This document shows, piece after piece, positions 1 to 12,896 of a DNA stretch of 64,000 bases. Each line of letters opens with the position of its first letter. The first letter of the stretch is position 1. The DNA comes from Adineta vaga (lineage: Eukaryota; Animalia; Rotifera). The translations under genes were made by a program, and so were the position numbers. Under the pieces are notes generated by a model that was not told the origin of the DNA, searched no databases, and saw only the letters and a program-made list of their open reading frames with translations. The stretch is taken from the NCBI GenBank assembly GCA_021613535.1, contig CP075494.1, positions 14,136,001 through 14,200,000 of the forward strand, read 5' to 3'.

Positions 1-11
1 TTTCTTTTCAG

Positions 12-1240
12 GTGGTTTATCAAAAGAATTCTTTCAATTAATCACAGAACAAATCTTCAGTCCTGAATATGGTAAAATTTTCATTGAAATTCTTCATGAA
101 AAATCTCGTCTGTTCTAGGAATGTTTATGGCTGATCCAGAAACACGTTCGCTATGGTTTAATCCTTCCGCACCGGAAGATCTCGAACGGGAATATACATT
201 GATTGGCATGTTATTAGGTTTAGCCATTTATAATTCGATTATTCTTGATATTAAATTTCCACCTGTTCTTTATCGGAAATTAATGGGTAAAATTGGTACT
301 TTTGAAGATCTTGAAACATCACATCCAGTAAGAATTTAATCATATAGTATCTCTTCTTACTATACGTTTTTGATTTAGACAATTTACCAAAGTTTAAAGA
401 AACTTTTATCTTTTGATGAATTACAAGAGAATATGACTGTTGAAGATGCATTTGGTCAAACATTTCAAATTGGTATTACAGATGCGACAGGATCACGTGT
501 TATATTTGATTTAAAAGAAGGCGGTGATTCTATTCCAGTGACTAGTGCTAATCGAGAGGTTAGTTGAGAAAAGAAAACGTTTTTCTTTCATAAATCTTTT
601 CCTCTTTGATTTATAGGAATTCGTACGTCTTTACGTTGATCTTGTTCTAAATAAAAGTGTAGAAAAACAATTTCATCCATTCTTTCACGGTTTTCTATTA
701 GTAACACGTGACAGTTCATTACGGAAACTTTTTCGACCTGATGAAATCGAATTACTCGTTGCTGGTAGTCAAGTTTTAGATTTCGATCAACTTGCTTCAG
801 CTGCTGAATATGATGGTGGTTATACCAAAGATAGTCCAACAATTAAGTGCGTTTCTTCTTTCAAATGGTTAGATTTCATATTTCAATAAACAAACTTTTT
901 CTCTTGATTTAGAAATTTTTGGAATGCCTTGGGAAGTTTTACAGAAGAACAAAAACGAAAATTTCTTCGATTTACGACGGGTAGTGATCGTGCACCGTGA
1001 GTATCATATATACTATAACATTGGCAATAGGTGTAACGTTTTGTTTTGTTTATATTTAGTATCGGTGGTTTAGCACGATTGAAATTGATTATATCTCGAA
1101 ATGGTCCCGATACTGATCGTTTACCAACAGCACATACATGTTTCAATGCTTTTCTTCTTCCTGATTATTCAACTATGGAGAAGTTACGTGAAAAACTTTT
1201 GATTGCAATCAATAATGCAGAAGGATTTGGTTTACTTTGA
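12..1240 (+). CDS. UBE3A: HECT E3 ubiquitin ligase, UBE3A/E6AP-like (3' partial, multi-exon)
   Basis: Spliced reading gives [41 protein letters not shown], the catalytic LPTAHTCFN and C-terminal GFGLL; GT-AG introns link ORFs 121-339 and 1046-1240. Confidence 0.88.
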
Positions 1241-1361
1241 AACAAAACAGAGAAAAAAAAAGAAGACTAATAATGAAAAGAACATTGCTGAATTCCTAGT
1301 CGATCTTTTCCTATGTGCTATTCTTGATTTGATGCTCACATACTTCAACATAATTACCTTT

Positions 1362-1379
1362 GTGTGTGTGTGTGTGTGT
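1362..1379. repeat. (GT)n microsatellite in 3' UTR
   Basis: tgtgtgtgtgtgtgtgtg read directly. Confidence 0.85.
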
Positions 1380-1659
1380 ATATATCGAATGAGATTTTTT
1401 TCGAGGTATTTTCACATTCACTGTGATATAACTCTTCTTCTGTTTTTTTTTAATATAACTCAGAGTGTACGTGCGTGCGTGAAACGAAATTTAAACTATA
1501 TTAAACGTTGGCAAACATATTCACTTCTTATTGAAACGTTGAATCGAATATTTAAAGTATGAAAATCACTGTCGATAAGAATGATTCGATCAATTAAGTT
1601 TGTACATGTTTTAAATATTAGAGAAAAAAAAACGAAAAGAAATAATCATTTGGTTTATT

Positions 1660-2097
1660 TTAACGTTGAAAGATTTTTTCTCCAATAACTTTGATATCTG
1701 AATTAACACTTTCGATTTGTTCATTGATTAGATTTTCTATACGTTTTTCTAACATTGGATGAGTGAAATAACCTTAATTGAAAGAGATTAGTTTGTTTAG
1801 AAAAAGAAAATATAAGAAATCTACCAGCTGCAAATTGACGAATATCACTAGGTTTTTGTAAACAAGCTTGTCGAATGAAATCGCGCATCAATATGTTTAA
1901 TTCCGGATGTTGTTGGAGATACCGTTCATTTTCAATGCGTTTTTTAATCTAAAATAGATGAAGAAGCATTGAACAGAAGTTGATCAAATTAAATCAACCT
2001 TTAGTTCATTAATTTTGATCTGTTGTTCAGGTAATAATGCACCTTCATCATGTTTTTCACTCGAATGTGGTGGATCATCGACTGGTTTAGCATCCAT
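1660..2097 (-). CDS. RIIAD1: RIIa domain-containing protein 1-like (3 exons; not in ORF track)
   Basis: Exons 2097-1999, 1948-1825 and 1772-1660 translate to MDAKPVDDPPHSSEKHDEGALLPEQQIKINELK-IKKRIENERYLQQHPELNILMRDFIRQACLQKPSDIRQFAA-GYFTHPMLEKRIENL...QR*, matching the RIIAD1 pattern (IxNExYLxxHxE...PxxIxxFAAxYFT). Confidence 0.85.
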
Positions 2098-2175
2098 TTT
2101 TTGTATAACGGTAGAAAAGAAACTTAAAATAGTGAAGAATAGTTTCAATCATACATCAATGGTGATTTTATCAGT

Positions 2176-2188
2176 GTTGCTTAGCAAC
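2176..2188. promoter_or_regulatory. RFX X-box (GTTGCTTAGCAAC) about 80 bp upstream of RIIAD1
   Basis: Near-perfect X-box palindrome upstream of a gene from a cilia-associated family. Confidence 0.7.
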
Positions 2189-2303
2189 CATAAACATCAT
2201 GTTGTAAGAGTTAGAAACAAACAAAAATACATACTTATGAAAGATATGATCAGATCAAATTTCAAGAAAATGTCAAATAATTTCTTAGCATTGTTGCAAA
2301 AAT

Positions 2304-2317
2304 GCGACATCTTGTGG
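2304..2317 (-). promoter_or_regulatory. CTCF-like site CCACAAGATGTCGC
   Basis: 14-bp close match to the CTCF core consensus, between the divergent RIIAD1 and BTB genes. Confidence 0.45.
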
Positions 2318-2901
2318 TGACTGCCTATACTATCATGACCATCGGTAATGTTCTTTAATCAATATCGTAAATTAATACTGACTGACATTTTTCGAATACA
2401 ATTCATATATCAATAAAGATTACTTAAAGCCTTAATAACCTTGTTAAAATGACAACTGTTACACATTGATTCATAGGAATCTTTTCATTAGAATTAAATT
2501 AAATCAAGTACTCTCGAATTCATTCGTCCCTTATATCCGATGTATTACATCAATTATTCATATAAGTGTAAATAACAGCTGCTCTATGCTTATTCATTAG
2601 TTGACTCATATATTATTTTTTGTTATGTTCTTAAGCGCATCGCCTTTCAAAGGACACACAAACATTGATAAATTTCTTTTTTTCTTTTTCTTTTCGATTT
2701 CCTTTCCGACGTGTGCGTTCACTTGCGAATACATTTTCTTATTTACCATCGATCAGACTGACGAAGTCGACGTAGTTAAGCAAAAATAAAAGGTAAGGCA
2801 ATGAATAATAGGCATATGGTGTTCGAAATGTTACCTTGTTCTGTCGTTCTTTAAAAGAAAAACACAACATTGTCGTAAAAATTTTTACCTATACGCATTT
2901 C

Positions 2902-4110
2902 ATGGCCTCATCGACACCTGAATTACTTCGTCTCTCATCTATATCACCATCACCATTAGAATATTTTACTGATTCATCTAATACAATTAATACTAAAACT
3001 GATGTTGTTTTAGTTGTTGGACAAGAGAAATTCTATTGTCATCGTTTATTGTTATCATTAGTTTCGCCTGTTTTTGCTCGCATGTTTGACGGACAATTCA
3101 AAGAACATAATGAACGAGAAGTTGTCTTAGATGGGAAATCAAGTGAAGCAGTCCTTGAACTATTAAAATATATTTATCCTCAATTCAATGGTCAGATTAC
3201 TGATGATAATATTGAACATTTTCTTCAATTAGCCGATGAATATATGATTGATCATTTAAAGCAACCATGTAAAGAACTTTTACTGAGACAACTTGGACAA
3301 TTTAAATACGTTTTACTTCCGACAATAGAAAAAATTCTAAAAGTAAACGATCTTTATTGTTTTTTGGTCATGATCTTTATTCAAGGTCTTCTCTTTTAGC
3401 CATCGACTAAATCAAAAGCATTTCATGCCAGTGACTCAGCATTACATTCATCACGAGATAATGATGGTCATTCGTCAGGACATGAAACTTCTAATCGTCG
3501 TCATCTATCACAGCGACCTACTTCAACTTCTCGACATACTCCTACTAAAACAAGTTCAATCTATACTAAACATGGTGATCAACCAGCATCTTCAACGAAT
3601 ACTACTCCACGGCATTTCATCTTTCTTGATAAAACTCGAATGCCTAATTTCTATAATGAACAGAAAACAACTATTCCCTTCACGAATAATGAACTTGAAA
3701 TGTGGCTTCGTCGTTTACGTATTCTTTATCAAATTGATAAAGGTCGAAACTATGGTGAAGTAATCGATTCTATTCTAAGTATTTTACAATTTGTACCTAC
3801 AAATATTCTTGTACCACTTTTACATCCTACAACGGATACGTACGTGATGATAGAAAGTATGCTAAACGATATAAGTCGTGCGCGATTGTATACATTAGAA
3901 GATTGGGCATCGGACGGTGATTCACATCGTTTAGTAGTTTTACCGGAAGCTTATCAAATTTTGGCTGTTAGTAATTTAGTAGCTGCACAAGAAACGATCG
4001 AATTTCATACAAAACTACCTGAGAACGTAGAGTCTTCTTTTCAATCAGTTGTTACTATAACATCTGATCAAGAAGAACCAATTTCATCCCTTGATACAGA
4101 TACTGACTGA
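2902..4110 (+). CDS. BTB/POZ domain protein (2 exons, intron 3343-3399)
   Basis: TDVVLVVGQEKFYCHRLLLSLVSPVFARMFDGQFKE...LLKYIY...LADEY is a BTB signature; the S/T/H-rich linker continues into ORF 3640-4110. Confidence 0.85.
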
Positions 4111-4524
4111 ATATTTTTCTCATTTACGTTTTCATTCTATACTGTTTCTTCTCATTATTCTGCACAAATGTTTTCTCTTTGTTATATTCTTCAATAAAAT
4201 TCTTGAAAATATCAATGAACAAAAAAACAATTGAGAATAAATTTGTTTGTCAAACTTTTCTGAGGTCTTAATAATGAAGAAATACGGTCGAATAACAAGA
4301 TCTTTACTATCTATTGTTTTTAAAAAAAAATTTTCTAGAAGATGCGAAGATGGTGGTGAGACACTACAAACTCTCAAGCTTATTGAAGATAAATAAAATA
4401 CTAAGATCTTCATTTATGGTCTCAAAATTCAAAAGCTGAACATTATATTCATTTATCATGCAGTATCTTATTTTATTATAGTAAACAAAAGCAAAATTGT
4501 TTTTCGTTAGACGAACATATAATA

Positions 4525-7500
4525 TTAACAGGTTTTCATAACAATATCTATATTTCCATATCCATTGTTAGTAGCAATAATATCTGTTAAACTATCGTTA
4601 TTTACATCGCCAATACCAAGTGCAAATGGATGTGAATCGAAACCAGAAGGAAACATTTGTTGTGTCATAAAACTTCCATTTCCATATCCGAAGAAAACAC
4701 CTATACTATTTGCACCATAACTAGCCACGGCTATATCTGATCGACCATCGTTATTAAAATCGAGTACAGCGACAGAATATGGCTGAGAACGTGAACCGGT
4801 ACCATAAGTCATTTGATTTGAAAATAATCCAGTATTATTAGCCAAAAACACACCGATCGTATTCGTACCAGAATTAGCAACAACAAAATCCCATCGAGTA
4901 TCGTTATTAAAATCACCAATAGCCACCCAACATGGATGAGAACCATTACCAGTTGAATAAATCAATGGTTTCATAAAAGTACCATAACCTGTTCCAAAGA
5001 GTATCATGACATTGTTCGTACCATTATTAGCAACGACAATATCTGATCGAGTATCGTTATCAAAATCTGCAATAGCGATCGAAGTCGGATTAGATGATAT
5101 TCCAGTTGAATAAGCAGGTGCAGCCAAAAAATCGTGATTCTTATATCCAAGAAATACATCTGCATTATTAGTACCAAAACTAGCGACGACGATATCCAGA
5201 CGTCCATCATGATCAAAGTCGTCTACAGCCACATCCCATGGTTGAGAATAATCTCCCGTTGTATAAGTTAATTGACTGAAAAACGATCCATTAACACATC
5301 CGAGAAGAACACCTATATTATTCTGACCATTGTTAGCAACGATGATATCTAATTGATTATCATGATTAACATCAGCAACAAAAATTCCATAGGGTGCAGA
5401 ATTAGGACCAGTAGTAAAAAATTTCAGTTCAAAAGTAATACCATCAGAACGTCCATAAAATACAGCAATACTGTCAGAACCGGAGTTACCGACTGCGATA
5501 TCCATGTAATTATCTTTATTCAAATCGACAATAACGACTGCTCTCGGTTGAGATGAACTACCAGTTGAAAGTTGAATCAGATCAGAAAAAGTTTCATTTT
5601 TACGTCCATAAAATATACTAATAGTACTATCTCCATAATTGGCGATAACTATATCCATATAATCGTCGTCATTCAGATCACCGATTGTAACAGCAACTGG
5701 ATAGGTTTGAATGCCAGTCGAATAGAACACATGATGAGAGAAGTTATGATTTTCGTAGCCATAGAGAATAGATATCTGATGAGAAAATGTAAGAGCAATT
5801 ACAATATCCCATCGAGTATCATTATTGAAATCTGTAACAGCAACGTCTATTGGTCCAGTCTCAGCACCAATATAATATGGCACTCCACCAGCAAATGTAC
5901 CATTACCATATCCAAGAAAAATGATTATATTATCAGTCCAAGAATTAGCAACAATGATATCTGAACGATTGTCATTATTGATATCGAAAAGAATCAATGA
6001 CCATGAACTACTTTTCTTTCCAGTTGAGTATGTCATTTTATTTGAAAAAGTGCCATTACCTAATCCGAGAAAAATGGTAATCGCGTCACTGCCAGCATTG
6101 AGAATAACAAAATCCAAATGACCATCTTCATTAAAATCACTAATTGCTACTGATCGTGGACTTGAACTAGGTCCAGTTTTATATGTTGATTGTCTTTTAA
6201 ATGCTCCAGTATCATATTGCAACAGTGTAAATACATTGTCAGTACCAGCATTAGCAACTACAATATCAGTTATCCTATCATTATTCAAATCACCAACTAG
6301 TATTGACTGAGGAATGGAATTCAATCCAGTTGGATACATATCTGGATGTGTAAAACTACCATTTCCATATCCATGAAGAATTGCAACAGTTTTAGTAGCA
6401 GAATTAGTGACAGTAATATCTAAATAGCTGTCATTATTGAAATAACCCACGGCAAGTGAAGTCGGAAAAGCAAGATCATTTATGGAAAACATTGTCTGTA
6501 TTGGAAATGATCCATTCGTATGTCCTAATAATATTCCTACATTACTCATTTGATAATTAACAAGTGCAATATCGAGTCGATCATCAAGATTGAAATCACC
6601 AAGACCAACACCTCGTGGCTGTGGAGATGATCCAGTTGAATATGTGTTTTCACGTATGCCATTTATATAAGTATATCCAAGAAACACACCTATCGTATTA
6701 CCATTATAATTTGCAACAACAAGATCTAACAAGTTATCGTTGTTAAAATCACCAAAACTAATCCATTGTGGACATGAATTGATACCAGTTGAATAGCTTG
6801 CTGTATTGCCAAATGTTCCATTACCATTCCCTAGTAATACTAATATATTATCGGTCACACAATTAGCAATAGCAATATCAGTTTTGTTGTCATTGTTCCA
6901 ATCTCCCACAGCAATCGAATATGGTCGGGAATTGCTGCCAACTGAATAACTTGCCGTATTAATAAATGTACCATCTCCATTTCCAAGCAAAATAGCAACA
7001 ACACGACTAAAATAAATTAAAACAACTATGTCCAATATATTGTCATCATTAATATCTTCAACAGTAGCACTATATGCTCCAGTGCCAGCAGTAAATAAAT
7101 ATGATATTTGGTCTGAAAAAGTTCCATCACAATATCCTAGAAATATACCTACACCACTCGTTGTATAGTAAACTACGACGATATCCAAGCAACCATCATT
7201 GTTAAAATCATGAACGCTCACCGATCGTGGATTATAACATCCATTTGCGGAAAGAGTTATTTTATCTTCAAATTCACCATCATTGTCACCTAGAAAAATC
7301 TTGAGGTTGTCACTTTCATAATTTGCGACAACAACATCTAATATTTCATCATTATCAAAATCTCCGGTTGCTACAAAATATGGCTTCGATTTATCTCCTG
7401 TCGAATAGGTCGTTTGATTTGAGAAACTTCCATCACCATTTCCAAGAAGTATGCCGATAGTATTCGTTCCAGAATTAGCGACGACAATATCTAATTCATC

Positions 7501-10346
7501 ATCATCATTTAAATAATCAATGGCGAGAGAATATGGAGAGGAATTAATTTCAGTCGAATAGGTCATATATTTATAGAATGTGCCATTACCATTGCCGAGA
7601 AAAATATCTATATTGTCTGACCAATAATTAGCAACGATCAGATCCAAACGTTGGTCATTATTGAGATCTCTAACAATGACACAGATCGAACTCGAAGAAT
7701 CCATCGTTGAAATAGTCTTCTGTGTTGAAAGACTACTATTTCCATATCCAATAAAAATTCCTACTGAACTAGTACCATAGTTTGCAACAGCAATGTCTAA
7801 TCGTCCATCTTTGTTGATATCCCCAATAGCAACTGAACTAGGATTCGAATTGGATCCCGTATCATAATTCACTTGTTCAGAAAAAAGACCATTACCTTTA
7901 CCAAGAAAAACGCCCAGACTGTTGATTTCAAAATTGACAATAACGATATCCAATAAGTTATCATTGCCTATGTCCGCAACAGCGATTGCTCGTAGCCCAG
8001 AACTACCTGTTGAAAGCATCCTTTGCAGCGTAAAAGTACCATCACCATTACCACGTAAGATACCTATGGTACCAGTAGCATAATTGCCAACGATAATATC
8101 AAGTAATTCATCACCGTCTACGTCTCCAAATGCGAGAGATATGGGCCCTGTACTATTTCCAGTTGAATATATTGTCTGTTGTGAGAAATTACTATCACCA
8201 TAGCCAATAAATACACCTACATTACTAGTCCCATAATTAGCAACAGCAATATCAGAATGATTGTCTCCATTGAAATCGCTAACAATGACAGCATTTGGCT
8301 GAGAATTTATACCAGTTGAATAAATCTTTCGATTTGAGAAATATCCATTTCCATCACCAAGAAAAATGCCAATACTATTATTTTTATAGTTGGCAACAAC
8401 GATATCTATCCAATTATCATTATTGAAGTTACCACTAGCAATTGCAATCGGTTGAGAATCAATTCCAGTTGAATAATTCATTGGACCTGCAAACGTACCA
8501 TTTCCATAGTTAAGAAAGATGCCTATATTATTACCCCAATAGTTAGCAACTGCGATATCTGCTCGATTATCATTATTAAAATCGGCACTAATTACTGCAT
8601 ATGGTGAAGAACTCACTCCAATATAGTAAGTTTGTGTACTGGAAAAAGTATCATGATCGTACTTTAGAAATACAGCTATGTTGTTCAGCCGATAGTTAGC
8701 AACGACAATGTCCATTTGATTATCATTATCAAAATCAGCGAAAGCAACTGATCTTATGTCAGAATGAAGACCAGTTGTTTGATAGATTATTTGATTTAAA
8801 AAACTATAGGTTTCAAATGTAAGTATAATATCTAGATAGTTATAGTCATATTCAACAGCAGCAATATCTAAACGTGTATCTTGATTAAAATCACCTGTGG
8901 CAATAAAACGTGGATGGTAGCCAGAGCGAGTGAAAATAATGACTTGATTAGCAAAAATGCCGTCTCCATGTCCAAAAAAGACACCAATATTACCAGCAAT
9001 GTAATTGGCTACGACAATATCAAGTTTATTATCTTTATTGAAATCACCCATGGCTGCACTGGTAGGAAATGATTTTTCACCAGTAGAATATTTAACTAAC
9101 GTTCCAAATGTTCTATTACCAAAATTAAGTATAACACCAATATTGTTTGTACCGGAACAAGTAACAACAATATCCATGTAGGTATCATCATTTAAATAGT
9201 TCATGGCAATAGAATATGGTTGAGAATTGACACCAGTATTAATGATAATTGGATTTTCAAATGATGCATTTCCATATCCGAAAAAGATGCCAATATTATT
9301 AGTACCATGATTAGCAATGACAATATCAAGTTTATCATCTTTATCAAGATCAGTTACAGCAAGTGCATATGGAATAGAATCAAAGCCAGTAGATGTGATT
9401 ATTGAATGAGTAAAAATACCGTAACCATTTCCTAGATGAACACCGATATTATCAGTGCCATAATTAACGACCACTAAATCAACGTATGAATCATTATTAA
9501 AATCATTTGCAGCAATCCATATTGGACGAGATGATCCAGTAGAAAAGGTTATTTGTGATGTGAATGTACCATTGCCAAGTCCAAGAAAGATACCAATATT
9601 ATTTCGACCATAATTTGCTACAGCTATATCAAGATATTGATCATTATTCAAATCAACTACAACAACTGCATATGGCATAGAACCGGAACCAGTAGAATAA
9701 GTTATTTGATTTGAAAATGATTTGCTATCTTTTCGAAAAAAAATACCGATATTATTTGTACCAGAATTGGGAATAATAATATCTGGTAGGCCATCTTTGT
9801 TAAGGTCAGCTACGACAGCAGATTTCGGATACGAATTGGCGCTAATTGAATTTCTTGCTTCTGATTTAATGATGAATGTACAAGTTTTATCTATATAGTA
9901 GAAAAGATGTTTATTATTGTGATAAAACTTTCTCAAATAAACAGATTCATTAATGAACAAAATTTCATTCTAATTGAATTGGTTTTGTTTTATAATGTAT
10001 TATAAAAAATCAATATACCTGGTGGCTTTGGTGATGTATAACAAACTATTAGAATGCCAATGATCATAACGATAGTTGTATAGATTGCAAACATACAAAT
10101 ACCCTTCGTAAAAGTCGAAACCGATGGCAAACAGATTGCTCTAATAATGATAGGTATAAAGTATAAGTGATCTGAATTATAATGAACATACTTATCTCCT
10201 TCCAACCTTACTGTTACATCCATAATGTTATTGTCAATATTCTTTGGACTGATATCAGCTGCAATCGAATGAATTTTGTCAATCATATCTACATGTGTAG
10301 ATTCTTCACGATTGGTACTCTCTATTGTTAAATGTTTATTATTCAT
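4525..10346 (-). CDS. Type II membrane protein with 35 FG-GAP/VCBS-like repeats (about 1900 aa; exon 10346-10019, exon about 9890-4525)
   Basis: 35 DxNxDxxxD[IL] repeats with GxGNGTF motifs in the 1811-aa ORF; upstream exon encodes a hydrophobic anchor (ICMFAIYTTIVMIIGILIVCY) and has a phase-1 donor compatible with acceptors at 9891 or 9861. Confidence 0.9.
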
Positions 10347-11312
10347 TAAAATCTTCTTAATCTACAAGTAATATGTAAATATAAAGATATTTTATCAGAA
10401 TACATTTTGTATGTTTATTTTCGACCAATAATAAATATAAATATACAATTTGTTATTGAATACCATGCTTACATGTTTAGTTGTTTAAAAGCAAAAGTAA
10501 AGGCAAGTGTGAAAAGAGAAATGCAAAATCATTATCAAATATGACTTTTTAATTAAAACATGAGTAAACAAATATATTCTCTTGATATATCCATTCATAA
10601 TTATTACCGAAAAACAATTACCTGCTATATTATTCAAATAGAAAAGGGCGGACGTCATGTCACACTTGTTTATATCTTATGTTATGGTTTTTTTTACCTG
10701 CGTAATATTGAAAAAATATAACGATTAGTTTTTTTTCTTCTCATTTAGATTGTATCATATAATATTGACGATCGTGCCGATAGGTCATAGAGTTCGAGTG
10801 AAAGTCTTTAACAAAAATAGTTCAAAGTGACATTGTGATTACAGAAGATCGTTTTGCTTGATCAGTTAGTGAAAATGTAAAGTGTTTAGAAAACTATTGG
10901 TTTTATTGGAGTTTCTTAAGCTTTCTAGATACGAGATCATTATAAAGATCACTGTGACATAATACGAGAACGAAAAATTCGATCAGATATATGAATCAAA
11001 CTAAATATTGAAGTATTTTTTTATTTCCTTGTGATATTGTGAAACTCAGTGAAAATGAAAATGTCTCTTGTTGATCAATAATTATAAATACCTATTTATT
11101 TATCCTCATCAATTTATATATACATATTTTATCTTTGTTACATACGGCAATAGAAAAAACATGAACTAAAGTATTTCAGCGGCCTCTTTTGTCGATGCGT
11201 ACGACATTGTCTCTTGATGTGCCAATAGGAATTCTTCTTACCATTTGCATTGCTTCATTTCTTTTTTTTTGTTTCTCTTATTTGTACATTTTTTCTTTTT
11301 CAATAAACTCTC

Positions 11313-12781
11313 ATGCCATTAATTCATTTAAAAAAAATTCTTTCTTGTTCCAGTGAAGATCAAGTTTGTTCGAATGGAATTCTTTTTAATCAGATCTCTT
11401 ACTTTTGTTCTCTCTTCAGATTCATTGTGCTCAAAACTTACTCAACCCAGATCAATCCAACAAATGGTTCTCATCAAAAAAGCCCGAAGAACGCATCACA
11501 TGTATCATTGAATTCGATAAACCTAGTTGTATTTCTTCAATCGATATCGGTAATAATGGAAGTGCATTTATTGAATTACTAGTTTCCCATTCATCTGCAT
11601 CTAAAACAGATGATTGGACTATGCTTTTACCATCAACTTTATTCATGACGCCGAAAGAATCGCGTACAAATCAAAATAATCAACAGATAAAATCGTTGAA
11701 ATCTTTTCATTTAAATAAAGTAACTTTAAACAAAAAATGGAATCGATTAAAGATTATTTGTGAACAGAAATTTAATCGTGATATTCCATTTGGTTTGAAT
11801 TTTATTAAATTATATTCAAATGATGATCATCAGATTGAAGATGAAACTGATATTGAACAAAAACAAATTCAATTGGAAAGAAAATCAAAAATAACTTCCA
11901 AAGATAATCAAGTAACACTGAAACAATCTAACAGATTTTCTTTTATGAAAAATTATCTTTCTAGAATGATAAAAACACACAGATTATGAAAAATGTTGTT
12001 TTCGTACTTAGTGGCTTTCAAAATCCTTTAAGATCTGAATTACGAAATAAAGCAACCGCAATGGGTGCGATTTATAATGATGATTGGAATGAGAAATGTA
12101 CACATCTTATGTACGATTGAAAATTGAATGCTTTTCTCTATACATGGACTGTATGTTTTTATTTTGAATTCTAGTTTAGCATTTCCAAACACACCGAAAT
12201 TCATACAAGTTCAAAAAGCAGGAAATGGTTTTATTGTCAATCAACAATGGATACTTGATTGTCACAAACAAGATCGATTCCTATCAGAAAGTTCTTATGA
12301 ATTTAGTGAAACAAGAAAACGAAAGAAACAAGATGAAGAAGAATCAATCGAAACAAAAAAACCTCCTATGAAAAAGAAATCATTAAATAAGAAAGAAGAA
12401 AAAGAAGCAAAGAAATTAAAACTTGGTGAATTACCAGACTTTTTTCATGAGAAACATTTCTATGTGTCATATGGTGATTATAATGATAATACTCTTCTCG
12501 ATATAACACGAGTTATTCTGGCTTATGATGGAATTTTGGAAAGACAAATCACTAATGATGTTACATATGTAATTACCAATCGAATGTGGAATCACGATTT
12601 TGAAAAGGTTAGTTGAAGGAAGGGTTTTTGTTTTTATCGAATTTAAAATCTTCCGTATTTGTTTGATATTTAGATTTCGAAATCAAATCCAGAAATCAAT
12701 TTTGTCAATCTTGATTGGATACAAGATTGTCATAATGAAAATCAATTTGTACCAATTCAAACATATTTAATAGTTCCTTAA
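11313..12781 (+). CDS. XRCC1: DNA repair protein XRCC1 (N-terminal domain + 2 BRCT)
   Basis: MPLIHLKKILSCSSED, IDIGNNGSAFIELLV, FVLSGFQNPLRSELRNKA..MGA, CTHL, AFPNTPKF and ELPDFF are XRCC1 hallmark segments. Confidence 0.92.
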
Positions 12782-12896
12782 TATGAACATATTTTGTTTT
12801 GTTATTATAAATAATTTGATGAATTGTTTTTAGATCAATTTACTGTGATGTAGTTAAATCATTTTATTGCTTTTCATTTTAGATTCAAAGAAAAAA

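Noticed and set aside
5004-9072. Short alternative-frame and antisense ORFs within the FG-GAP gene
   Set aside because: By-products of the codon bias of the long minus-strand ORF; no recognisable motifs.
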